The notes beneath the pieces were generated by a model. The model saw only the letters and a list, made by a program, of their open reading frames with translations, was not told the origin of the DNA and did no database searches. Shown here piece after piece: positions 36,498-44,789 of a stretch of DNA of 64,000 bases. Within the stretch, counting starts at the first letter, position 1; the number at the start of each line of letters is the position of its first letter. The position numbers were made by a program, and so were the translations under genes. Origin of the DNA: a bacterium (GTDB lineage: Bacteria; Patescibacteriota; Saccharimonadia; Saccharimonadales; SZUA-47); contig JAUIBF010000002.1 of assembly GCA_030428125.1 (NCBI GenBank), positions 143,910 to 207,909 on the forward strand. Direction: 5' to 3'.

Positions 36498-37418
36498 CTA
36501 GTTTTTTCTATGAAACTTTTCATGCACTGCTTTAAGGTGTGGGTCTGTAACATGCGTATATATTTGGGTTGTACTTATATTGCTATGTCCAAGCATAGCC
36601 TGGACTGATCTTAAATCAGCACCATTCATAAGTAAGTCTGTAGCGAAAGAATGGCGTAGGGTATGAGGAGTTACTTTTTTGGTTATTCCTGCCAGAAGGG
36701 CATGACGCGCAACCAAACGCTGAACACTGCGAGTAGTTAATCTATAGTAGTTACCACTTAAATTAACTTTTTTTGTGCCACTATATCTAATGAACATCGG
36801 TTTAGAGTTATCTTGACGCTTATCTAGGTATAGTTTTAGCCAATGTACAGCATCATCGCTAATGAATATCGGACGATCTTTCTCGCCCTTACCACGAACC
36901 ATAAATTCCTTGCGTTTAAGGTTCACGTCCTCAACGTTCAGGTTTACTAGTTCCGAGACACGAAGCCCACTACTGAATAAAAGCTCCAAAATTGCCCTGT
37001 CCCTTAATCCGTTTTCTGTGTCAGTCTTTGGCGTAGCAAACAATCTATCTAGCTCCTCAGGATTTAAGAAAGTCACTTGCTTTCTCTTGGATTTAGCAAG
37101 CTCGATTTTATCTGCTGGCAGTGATTTTATGTCGCGCTTAGCACAAAACTTCAGGAAGCTTCTCAGGGCAATTAAATGGTAATTTAAAGTGTTCTTCTTT
37201 AACTCGTCTGATGTGTTGGTGCCAAGTCTGTTTAGCCATAGCCGCCACTTACGGACTAATTCAGCGTCTATTTCAGACACCTTGATATCTCCAGCATAGT
37301 CAACCAAACGGGTTAGGTAGTGGTCGTAATTCTGTATAGTTTTCTGGGATCGACCCTGTTCAATTTCTAGGTATTCCAGGAAATCGGTTTTTGTTTTTTG
37401 AAAGTTTGGACTAGCCAT
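36498..37418 (-). CDS. Tyrosine recombinase (XerC/XerD family)
   Basis: N-terminal SAM-like core-binding domain. Catalytic R...HxxR...Y context: GLRVSE, HTLRHSFAT, LGHSNISTTQIYTH. Confidence 0.8.
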   Translation of the reverse strand: MASPNFQKTKTDFLEYLEIEQGRSQKTIQNYDHYLTRLVDYAGDIKVSEIDAELVRKWRLWLNRLGTNTSDELKKNTLNYHLIALRSFLKFCAKRDIKSLPADKIELAKSKRKQVTFLNPEELDRLFATPKTDTENGLRDRAILELLFSSGLRVSELVNLNVEDVNLKRKEFMVRGKGEKDRPIFISDDAVHWLKLYLDKRQDNSKPMFIRYSGTKKVNLSGNYYRLTTRSVQRLVARHALLAGITKKVTPHTLRHSFATDLLMNGADLRSVQAMLGHSNISTTQIYTHVTDPHLKAVHEKFHRKN

Positions 37419-37506
37419 AAGCTTAATTGTAACATTATTGTGCGACGTGTGGGCAGGGGAGTCCCATATCTGTTACAATATGTCTAAATAACGGAGAAAA
37501 ATTTAT

Positions 37507-37971
37507 ATGGAACGAACACTGATTATACTCAAACCAGATGCCATCCAGAGGGGATTGAGTGGGGAAATCATAACTAGATTCGAGAAAAAAGGACTGAAGA
37601 TTATCGGTATGAAGATGATGCGCTTAGATAGCGCTTTGCTCAAAGCTCATTACTCACACCTAACAGATAAGCCGTTCTATAAAGGTTTGGAAGAGTTTAT
37701 GAAAAGCTCACCGGTTATAGCTTTTGCGCTAGAAGGTTATGAGTGTGTAAATTCGGTGAGAATAATTCTGGGCGCTACCAATCCCAGAGAAGCCGAAGCA
37801 GGAACTATTAGGGGTGATATGTCTATAGGAACGGGCAGAAACCTAGTGCATGCATCTGACAGCACAGAAAATGGCGAAAAAGAAGTTGGACGGTTCTTTG
37901 ATGACAATGAGCTATTCAGCTACGACAAATCAGAGTACATACACATCTACGAAGATTTTGAGCGAAAATAA
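37507..37971 (+). CDS. ndk: Nucleoside diphosphate kinase
   Basis: ERTLIILKPDA...NLVHASDS (active-site His). Confidence 0.9.
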   Translation: MERTLIILKPDAIQRGLSGEIITRFEKKGLKIIGMKMMRLDSALLKAHYSHLTDKPFYKGLEEFMKSSPVIAFALEGYECVNSVRIILGATNPREAEAGTIRGDMSIGTGRNLVHASDSTENGEKEVGRFFDDNELFSYDKSEYIHIYEDFERK

Positions 37972-37976
37972 TTTTT

Positions 37977-38052
37977 TGGTGACCCGGGTAAGAGTCGAAC
38001 CTACAACCTTCTCCTTAGGACGGAGCTGCTCTATCCATTGAGCTACCGGGCC
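37977..38052 (-). tRNA. tRNA-Arg (anticodon CCT), CCA encoded
   Basis: Manual cloverleaf: acceptor GGCCCGG/CCGGGTC, anticodon loop GTCCTAA, T-arm GTAGG-TTCGACT-CTTAC, 76 nt. Confidence 0.9.
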
Positions 38053-38123
38053 AAATCTATCTTATTCTAGACCGTTTGCCCTCAGTAGTAAAATTATAGA
38101 GCGTAATGAGTTAAACTAAGCAT

Positions 38124-38654
38124 ATGCCAGATAAACTGTTTCGCGATCAATATGATGACGAAGAAGTGCTCTATGTATTCCGAAAACATCCCGTGGTTAT
38201 GCGTAGAGGATTGATATTCTTCATGTTAGCAATACTAGCTGGAACAATTCCGTCCTTTATTAAGCCTGAACTGAGCTATTTTTATGGAGGTATTGGAGCA
38301 GGTTTTTTGTTAGGATGCCTGTTGATGACGCCATCCTGGATCTATTGGTATTTTAGTTTATTCATCCTGACCGACAAACGATTCGTCCAGATGACCCAAA
38401 AAGGATTTTTCAAGAGGAGCTTTTCAGATATCGGATTGAAACACATCCAATCAGTTAATTATCAAGTCGTAGGATTGCAAGAGACCCTGCTAGGATTTGG
38501 TACAATGGTAGTGCAAACTTACCTTGGTGATATTGTCATCCACGACATTCATCACCCGGAAAAAACATCGAAAGAAGTTTCAAAAATCTTGAGGGAATAC
38601 GGAAACATTCATGACGATATGGATGAACCACAAAAAATAAGTCATGAACGGTAA
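38124..38654 (+). CDS. Membrane protein with bacterial PH (YdbS/YdbT-like) domain
   Basis: Two TM segments followed by LTDKRFVQMTQKGFFKRSFSDIGLKHIQSV... Confidence 0.5.
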   Translation: MPDKLFRDQYDDEEVLYVFRKHPVVMRRGLIFFMLAILAGTIPSFIKPELSYFYGGIGAGFLLGCLLMTPSWIYWYFSLFILTDKRFVQMTQKGFFKRSFSDIGLKHIQSVNYQVVGLQETLLGFGTMVVQTYLGDIVIHDIHHPEKTSKEVSKILREYGNIHDDMDEPQKISHER

Positions 38655-38657
38655 TTT

Positions 38658-39737
38658 ATGAAGAAGAAAATACAAGCAATAAAGGCAAAACGTCAGTCGA
38701 AGCGAGAAGCAGAAGCCGCTAAAGAACAGGGCAGATCACCTGTAAAGATAACCAGCGAAAACGTGGCTGAACACCGTGAGGATGTGCTTAGTGGCGCACG
38801 GAAATATATTTATCCCTTGCAGCACTCAAAGCATCGAATCGTAATTCTAAGCACCACGTTATTTTTAGTAGCATTATTAACGTTTTCTATTGTTTCAGTT
38901 CTTTTGCTCTACAGGTTCCAGACAACATCTGGATTTATGTATCAAGTAACGAAGGTCATACCGTTCCCAATAGCTAGAACGGGTGGGACGCTGGTAGCGT
39001 ATGAAAACTATCTGTTCGAGCTGGGGCACTACATACATTATTACGAAAATCAGCAGCAGTTAAGTTTTGACACTGAAGCAGGTAAAGCTCAGCTGGAAAG
39101 CTACAAACAAAGAGCAATAGATAAAGTAGTTAATGATGCCTACGTAAAGATAATTGCCGAAGAAGAAGGAATCAGCGTAAGCGATGAAGAAATTGATGAA
39201 CAAATCAGAATAGCCAGAGAGCAGAATAGACTGGGCAGTAGTGATGAAGTATTCGAGGATGTGCTAAAAGAGTTCTGGAACTGGTCCGTTGACGATTTCA
39301 GGAGAAGCTTGAAGACAGAGATACTAGAACAAAAAGTATTGCGTTTTCTAGATCCTGAAACAGAGCAACGAGCGACTGAGGCTCTTGCTAGGATTGAAGC
39401 CGGCGAGGAATTTTCTACTGTTGCAGCAGAAGCATCAGACGATATTGGAACCAAAGAAAATGGCGGAGAGTTTGGTTTTGTTAATAGATCTAATCGTAAC
39501 GTTTCACAACAAACAGTCGACACACTATATAACCTACCGGTAGGTCAAAATTCTGGGGTAGTAGTGGTCCCGTACGGAACAGGTTACGCCCTAGCAATAA
39601 TTAAAAGTCTAGATCAAAAGGATGGCGAAGTAAGTGGTGCACACATAATATTCCAGCTTAAGGATATAAACGAAATATTGAACGATCGTAAGGAACAAGA
39701 ACCGTATCGTCTGTACATGAACCCAGTCGAGAACTAA
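38658..39737 (+). CDS. Membrane-anchored SurA/PrsA-like protein with parvulin-type PPIase domain
   Basis: N-terminal TM, SurA-like helical region, C-terminal GGEFGFVNRS...GYALAIIK resembling PpiC rotamase. Confidence 0.5.
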   Translation: MKKKIQAIKAKRQSKREAEAAKEQGRSPVKITSENVAEHREDVLSGARKYIYPLQHSKHRIVILSTTLFLVALLTFSIVSVLLLYRFQTTSGFMYQVTKVIPFPIARTGGTLVAYENYLFELGHYIHYYENQQQLSFDTEAGKAQLESYKQRAIDKVVNDAYVKIIAEEEGISVSDEEIDEQIRIAREQNRLGSSDEVFEDVLKEFWNWSVDDFRRSLKTEILEQKVLRFLDPETEQRATEALARIEAGEEFSTVAAEASDDIGTKENGGEFGFVNRSNRNVSQQTVDTLYNLPVGQNSGVVVVPYGTGYALAIIKSLDQKDGEVSGAHIIFQLKDINEILNDRKEQEPYRLYMNPVEN

Positions 39738-39764
39738 TAGCTCGCTTGCTATAATATTTGCATA

Positions 39765-40229
39765 GTGAAGTCAGTAAAATTTATAAAAGAGAATCAAGAA
39801 TGGCAGGTGCCAGATGCTTTTTATCGCATTAGCATTAAAGCAATAATAAAAAATGAAAAAAATGAGTTGCTTGTGCTTCGTGATGTGACCGAAGATAAAG
39901 AAGAGGGCGGAGGGTACGAGCTTCCGGGTGGTGGTTTAGACTGGGGTGAAAATGAACACGAAGCACTTAGGCGAGAACTCATAGAAGAGCTAGCTCTAGA
40001 TAGTGTAGATATTGCCGAAAAACCACTAGTGTTAATTTACGGAAAGCACCCAAAAGACTATAAAACACTAAAAATATACTACAAGGTAGTTATTGACGGA
40101 GAACCAGTAGATTCTGAATCTGATGTGTTAGTGCATAGTTGGGTTACAAAAGATAAGTTTGCAGATCTGGAAATGCCAGGAGACGAATCGGGTATTCAAG
40201 ACTATATTGACCAAATTTTCAAAAGATAA
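39765..40229 (+). CDS. NUDIX hydrolase
   Basis: Nudix box GGGLDWGENEHEALRRELIEELAL. Confidence 0.75.
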   Translation: MKSVKFIKENQEWQVPDAFYRISIKAIIKNEKNELLVLRDVTEDKEEGGGYELPGGGLDWGENEHEALRRELIEELALDSVDIAEKPLVLIYGKHPKDYKTLKIYYKVVIDGEPVDSESDVLVHSWVTKDKFADLEMPGDESGIQDYIDQIFKR

Positions 40230-40303
40230 AGTTCGTAAAAATTGAAAAACCACCCCTGTTAGAGTGGAAGTTAATGGTGGACCTTGGTTGACGATGCATA
40301 GAA

Positions 40304-40855
40304 CTATTTTGTCTCGTCGGAAAGATACCAGCTGATTGCACCTCTTGCTAAGTAATGCCAGCTGGGCTGCTGATCTTCTTCAGTCAAAGTAAGAGCAGCC
40401 TCAGCATCAAATATGTCCAAACGGCTATTCATTGCCGCAAAAGCTCCTCCTAATTCGGTGATAATAGAATGCGCAGCATTTCTCAGGTGCAAGGAAGCCG
40501 CAAGTTCATTATCTGCTACTTGGAATAGGGCAGCTCCGCGAGGAGAAGGTTGTAGTGTTCTTTGTAGTGAAGCCTGATGCTCTATCACTCCTCTGCTACG
40601 ACTAGCTTCAACCAAGGCGAGATGACGCTCTCTAACTGCGTTTAAGCGGGGTACGCTATTTGTGAACTCTGCTCGAGTCCTGAGCGCACGACCAACTAGA
40701 GGCCCTAATTCCTCGGCGAGCCCTAATCTAGAATGTACGGAAGTATCAAATGCTGGGAGTAAATCTGGGTCTACAATAAGCTCAAGTTCACCAGTCAGTG
40801 AAGTAGAAGCAACAAATTTATCAAGCAGCTCAGACATAATAAAAACACCATACAA
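40304..40855 (-). CDS. Hypothetical protein (Ala/Leu/Arg-rich)
   Basis: 183-aa ORF (alternative ATG at 40837). No recognisable motif. Composition differs from neighbours. Confidence 0.5.
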   Translation of the reverse strand: MYGVFIMSELLDKFVASTSLTGELELIVDPDLLPAFDTSVHSRLGLAEELGPLVGRALRTRAEFTNSVPRLNAVRERHLALVEASRSRGVIEHQASLQRTLQPSPRGAALFQVADNELAASLHLRNAAHSIITELGGAFAAMNSRLDIFDAEAALTLTEEDQQPSWHYLARGAISWYLSDETK

Positions 40856-40879
40856 CTTTTACTATATGGTGTCAATATC

Positions 40880-40956
40880 TGGCGGGCCCGACCGGATTTG
40901 AACCGGCGATCTCCTCCGTGACAGGGAGGCATGTTAGGCCACTACACCACGAGCCC
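40880..40956 (-). tRNA. tRNA-Asp (anticodon GTC), CCA encoded
   Basis: Acceptor GGGCTCG/CGGGCCC, anticodon arm CCTCC-CTGTCAC-GGAGG, T-arm GCCGG-TTCAAAT-CCGGT, 77 nt. Confidence 0.9.
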
Positions 40957-41069
40957 GCGCTCAGACGATTTTATCAATTTTCACTCTTATTTACAAGTGT
41001 TATAAGAAGTTATTTATCAATAATAATTCTTTCATTTAGCCTAAGATAGTAAAATTATTAGAGAATTAC

Positions 41070-41145
41070 GCCATCTTAGCTCAGTCGGTAGAGCATCTCA
41101 TTCGTAACGAGAAGGTCAGCAGTTCGATCCTGCTAGATGGCTCCA
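41070..41145 (+). tRNA. tRNA-Thr (anticodon CGT), CCA encoded
   Basis: Acceptor GCCATCT/AGATGGC, anticodon loop TTCGTAA, T-arm AGCAG-TTCGATC-CTGCT, discriminator T, 76 nt. Confidence 0.9.
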
Positions 41146-41146
41146 C

Positions 41147-41220
41147 GCGAGATTAGTATAGTGTTAGTACGTATGCTTCCCAAGCATAAAGTACGGGTTA
41201 GATTCCCGTATCTCGCACCA
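41147..41220 (+). tRNA. tRNA-Gly (anticodon CCC), CCA encoded; atypical T- and D-loops
   Basis: Acceptor GCGAGAT/ATCTCGC, anticodon loop TTCCCAA, T-arm ACGGG-TTAGATT-CCCGT, 74 nt. Starts 1 nt after tRNA-Thr. Confidence 0.8.
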
Positions 41221-41265
41221 CTTTATACTTTGACTTTTCTCCTATATAATGGAGGTTAACTTCAG

Positions 41266-41616
41266 ATGCATATTCCAAAAAAATATTTTCATGATAAGTC
41301 CATTCTGGGCTTGCTAGGACTTAATGCCGCGCTTTTTGTATTGTCGGTGGCCAATGTATTATTGAATGTAGATACAGAGCTCAATAGCGTCAGTATCATT
41401 AGTTACCGTTCTAGTCGTGCTATCCAAACTAGTGGCCCCACAAACAGCCTCTATGAATTCGCACTGTTTGCAGTGGTTGTAACAGTGGTTAGTATGCTTC
41501 TAAGTATCAAGTTATATTCGCATCGCAAACACCTAGCAATTGGAGTTCTCGGTTTAAATGTAGTTAGTCTAACTCTATGCCTGGTAGTATTCAACGCCCT
41601 AACGAGGACTATTTAG
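41266..41616 (+). CDS. Small integral membrane protein (116 aa)
   Basis: Three predicted TM segments. Immediately precedes the GT2 gene. Confidence 0.4.
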   Translation: MHIPKKYFHDKSILGLLGLNAALFVLSVANVLLNVDTELNSVSIISYRSSRAIQTSGPTNSLYEFALFAVVVTVVSMLLSIKLYSHRKHLAIGVLGLNVVSLTLCLVVFNALTRTI

Positions 41617-41624
41617 AAACACCC

Positions 41625-43244
41625 ATGAAGTTCAAATACGAGATTCCGTTTCAAAAGAACAAGGGTAAACTATACCGATTTTTTGAAATTTTACCCGGAG
41701 CATTAACATGGACAGTGTTAATTCTTCCTTTCGTACTAGCGTTTACCAATGTAGGATTAGCAGCAATTTTAATGATCGCCTACTTACTAATCTGGTTTGT
41801 GAAGGCTGTTGCTCTTGCACTGCGATCACTACAAGGCTTTGCAATAGTTGAAAAGCACAAAAAACTCGACTGGCAAGAGTTAATTGTTGACCTTGACCAA
41901 GAAGATGTTGACCACAGAAGATTCCCAAAGTGGCACTACGAGAACAAAAAACGCCAAGCTGATAACCCCAATGGAATTTATAGTAAAGATATTGTTCACG
42001 CGGTCATCGTTGCAACTTGGAACGAGGCTAGGGAAATCTTGAAGCCAACACTGGACTGTGTTGCCGAAAGTGCATATGACGATAAAGACAAAAATTTTAT
42101 TGTGTTGCTGGCTTACGAAGACAGGGGTGGTCCAGAGGTAGAGAAACAAGCGAAGCAGTTAATGAGTGAGTACAAAAATGTATTTTTGATTTCTGAAGCG
42201 ACAAAACATATAGATCAGCCAGGTGAGGTTATCGGTAAGGGAGGAAACATTACCGCCGCCGGACGAAGACTGCAGGAGATAGTAGAAAAGAAGGGTATTG
42301 ACCCTAAAAACGTCCTAGTAACAACCCTGGATGCCGACAACAGGCCACATAAGTCTTATTTTGCGGGTTTGTCATACGTATACGCAGTCTGTCACGATCC
42401 TAAATATATGTCTTTCCAGCCTATACCAATGTTCACAAACAACATTTGGGATGCTCCGGCACCTATGCGTGTTATCGCTACCGGTAACAGCTACTGGATG
42501 ATGGTACAGGGCTTGCGTCAGCACATGTTGCGTAACTTTTCTGCTCACGCGCAGCCACTTCATGCGCTGATCGAAACAGATTTCTGGAGTGTCAGAACTA
42601 TCGTTGAAGACGGTCATCAATTCTGGAGGAGTTATTTTACGTTCCACGGTCAGCACGAGGTTATTCCTATATTCTTGCCGATTTATCAGGACGCAGTGCT
42701 GGCAGACGGATATAAGAGGACTCTGAAAGCTCAGTTTGTTCAGATTCGTCGTTGGGCTTGGGGTGCATCAGATATCGCATACGTTGCTAAGTACGGTTAT
42801 TTTACGAAGAACAACATCTCTAAAATCGATGTAACATTCAAATTCATGAGACTGCTTGAAGGACATTTGAGTTGGGCTACAGCGCCACTAATTCTTTTGT
42901 TCGGAGCGATTATCCCTTGGATATTCAATCAGTCGGATTTCTTGGCAAACCAATTGCCACAGATTTCCAGTCAGCTACAGACAATCGCTATGATGGGTAT
43001 CTTGGTAACAATGTTTATCGCTTTCAAGATTTTGCCACCAAAACCCGAGAGATACAAAAAACATCGAACTATCTGGATGGTTCTTCAGTGGATACTACTG
43101 CCACTGACCACGCTTGGCTATAACGCGTCAGCAGCTATCTACTCACAGACCAGACTGATGTTTGGTAGATACCTAGGTAAATTCGACGTAACAGAAAAAG
43201 CTGTCAAAAAAGACACCGGCGAAACCGTAACTTCCCATAGCTAA
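41625..43244 (+). CDS. Membrane-embedded family-2 glycosyltransferase (processive, cellulose/chitin-synthase-like)
   Basis: TLDADN and the Q-x-x-R-W motif (QIRRWAWG), flanked by N- and C-terminal TM segments. ATG 41625 is preferred over 41577. Confidence 0.75.
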   Translation: MKFKYEIPFQKNKGKLYRFFEILPGALTWTVLILPFVLAFTNVGLAAILMIAYLLIWFVKAVALALRSLQGFAIVEKHKKLDWQELIVDLDQEDVDHRRFPKWHYENKKRQADNPNGIYSKDIVHAVIVATWNEAREILKPTLDCVAESAYDDKDKNFIVLLAYEDRGGPEVEKQAKQLMSEYKNVFLISEATKHIDQPGEVIGKGGNITAAGRRLQEIVEKKGIDPKNVLVTTLDADNRPHKSYFAGLSYVYAVCHDPKYMSFQPIPMFTNNIWDAPAPMRVIATGNSYWMMVQGLRQHMLRNFSAHAQPLHALIETDFWSVRTIVEDGHQFWRSYFTFHGQHEVIPIFLPIYQDAVLADGYKRTLKAQFVQIRRWAWGASDIAYVAKYGYFTKNNISKIDVTFKFMRLLEGHLSWATAPLILLFGAIIPWIFNQSDFLANQLPQISSQLQTIAMMGILVTMFIAFKILPPKPERYKKHRTIWMVLQWILLPLTTLGYNASAAIYSQTRLMFGRYLGKFDVTEKAVKKDTGETVTSHS

Positions 43245-43278
43245 ACGGATTAAAGTTAGCTACTTAAAAACATCCTAT

Positions 43279-43349
43279 CTGCAAGGTCCGACCTTGTAGA
43301 TTAAAAAATTACTCCTATGAAATATGCTTTACAAGGTCGGACCTTGCAG
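43279..43349. repeat. Perfect 20-bp inverted repeat with 31-nt spacer between convergent genes (possible bidirectional terminator)
   Basis: CTGCAAGGTCCGACCTTGTA (43279-43298) is the reverse complement of TACAAGGTCGGACCTTGCAG (43330-43349). Confidence 0.7.
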
Positions 43350-43367
43350 AAGTAAACTTTTAGGTTA

Positions 43368-43775
43368 TTAATTATTCAATGAGTATTTGGCTTTGTAGAC
43401 TGATGCTGCGACTTTATCAAATCGATTTAAAGTTTCTCCAACTAGTACGACTAGTTTAGAGATTGGAACTTCTGCCGACTTAAGAGACAGAACCTGGTCG
43501 ATAACAGTGTTTATGAGCGCTGTAGAGGCTGTAAGACGGTCATTTCGGTGTGCCAATGATTCAAATATCGAAATGAACAGTACATCTCTAGAGAACGGCT
43601 CTAAATGGTTATCAGACCTTACGACTTTATGTGATGTGTCGAGTGTAATTTGTTCATCTGTCGACCAGATTGCGTTGCAGCTTTTGCATTGTCGTCTACG
43701 CCAAACAGAATAATCATTATTGTGCGACCTTGAATTCGTAACCTTGGTACGTGCATTACAGTATGGACATTTCAT
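43368..43775 (-). CDS. nrdR: Transcriptional repressor NrdR
   Basis: MKCPYCNARTKVTNSR...CKSCNAIW zinc ribbon plus an ATP-cone-like C-terminus. Confidence 0.85.
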   Translation of the reverse strand: MKCPYCNARTKVTNSRSHNNDYSVWRRRQCKSCNAIWSTDEQITLDTSHKVVRSDNHLEPFSRDVLFISIFESLAHRNDRLTASTALINTVIDQVLSLKSAEVPISKLVVLVGETLNRFDKVAASVYKAKYSLNN

Positions 43776-43939
43776 AAGTAAACATTAACGTTTATGCTAT
43801 ACCCATGTCAATATGTTGACATCGCGCAATAAAAATTTACGTGGAAAAGTAGAAGTGTTTTTGTGGGAAAACAAGCAGATTACACTTATGCTTGCCTAAA
43901 CTCACGTTACTATCTAAGCTTGGATATAAGGAGAAAAAT

Positions 43940-44530
43940 ATGGCAAGTAGAGCAGAAATATCTAGCGAGGTGTTGTGGGACTTGAGTCGTAGCGATTCGG
44001 TAGATGAGCGAACAGGGATAGTTACTAGTGGAGTCTCAGTTACTTTTAGTATGGAGCCCGGTGCAGGTATAGGTGATAATGAGTTTGTTTTTAAAGACGA
44101 ACTCAAGGCAGTTGGAGGTGAAATAGACAGAACTTTTAATACTACGTATCCTAGAGATTTTGATGAACTCCTGCCCAGAACCCTGCCTACTATTGTGGAC
44201 GATGAAAGGAGTGAATACGAGAATGAACAGGGGGCTATTTCAGGAATCGGAAGAATCATTATGCGTAACACAAAGGTTGGGTCAGCAGGAAGCTTAGTTG
44301 CTGGAGGTAGTGGAGTTGCAGCAGCGGATGCCTTTTTAGAAGGAAGAAATCTAGCAGGAATTGCATTTACTGTTGTCGCTCTTGGAGGCTTAGTTTTTGG
44401 TGCAGGAAGATCTTTTACTTATCAAGAAAGAGATGTTAGAGAACAAGTTTTGAGCTATCGAGATCAGATTCGCAGGAATACTATACTTGGTGTGCTACGA
44501 AACTCTATCCAAAAAAAGCAAGCTAAGTAA
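43940..44530 (+). CDS. Hypothetical protein with C-terminal Gly/Ala-rich TM segments
   Basis: ATG 43940 is preceded by AAGGAG (preferred over 43892). No recognisable family. Confidence 0.5.
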   Translation: MASRAEISSEVLWDLSRSDSVDERTGIVTSGVSVTFSMEPGAGIGDNEFVFKDELKAVGGEIDRTFNTTYPRDFDELLPRTLPTIVDDERSEYENEQGAISGIGRIIMRNTKVGSAGSLVAGGSGVAAADAFLEGRNLAGIAFTVVALGGLVFGAGRSFTYQERDVREQVLSYRDQIRRNTILGVLRNSIQKKQAK

Positions 44531-44727
44531 ATAAACAAAATACCCCTGATTAATCTCAGGGGTATCCGGTCGTCCACTCTAACCGTTAAGTTTGCTTTAC
44601 GGCTTTTGCTCTAGGTCGTCTAACTCTATTCCGTTGTGGAATTGTAGACGTCAGCTCTTCATAAAAGAGCCTGAAGCCGGAAAGCGTTTTTGAAGAACTC
44701 TTCAAAACGCAATTCACCTCACTTAAC
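44530..44727 (-). ncRNA. Candidate small RNA (about 195 nt) with its own promoter and terminator
   Basis: On the minus strand: TTGACA (44762-44757), 17 nt, TAACAT (44739-44734). At the far end, an ACCCCTGA-N6-TCAGGGGT stem (44563-44542) followed by ATTTTGTTTATTT. Confidence 0.35.
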
Positions 44728-44769
44728 CTGCTTATGTTAACATAAACACAAAGAAATGTCAATACCATG

Positions 44770-44778
44770 TGATATAAT
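44770..44778 (+). promoter_or_regulatory. Extended -10 promoter (TGaTATAAT) for tgt
   Basis: TGATATAAT ends 11 nt before the tgt ATG (44790). No SD is visible, so the leader is very short or absent. Confidence 0.4.
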
Positions 44779-44789
44779 TAACCTCTGTT

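Noticed and set aside
37850-38041. 63-aa + strand ORF at the end of ndk.
   Set aside because: It is an alternative frame of ndk that runs into the tRNA-Arg gene, so it is spurious.
36498-38052. Tyrosine recombinase next to tRNA-Arg as the edge of an integrated island containing the pilus locus.
   Set aside because: The recombinase has ordinary XerC/D features. The housekeeping ndk gene lies between it and the tRNA. I found no copy of the tRNA-Arg 3' segment elsewhere in the window that could serve as a second att site.
43837-44271. 144-aa minus-strand ORF opposite the 43940-44530 gene.
   Set aside because: The + strand ORF has a proper AAGGAG-ATG start and more ordinary composition. The minus ORF is Ser/Leu-rich with no SD. 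I kept the + strand call, at only moderate confidence.
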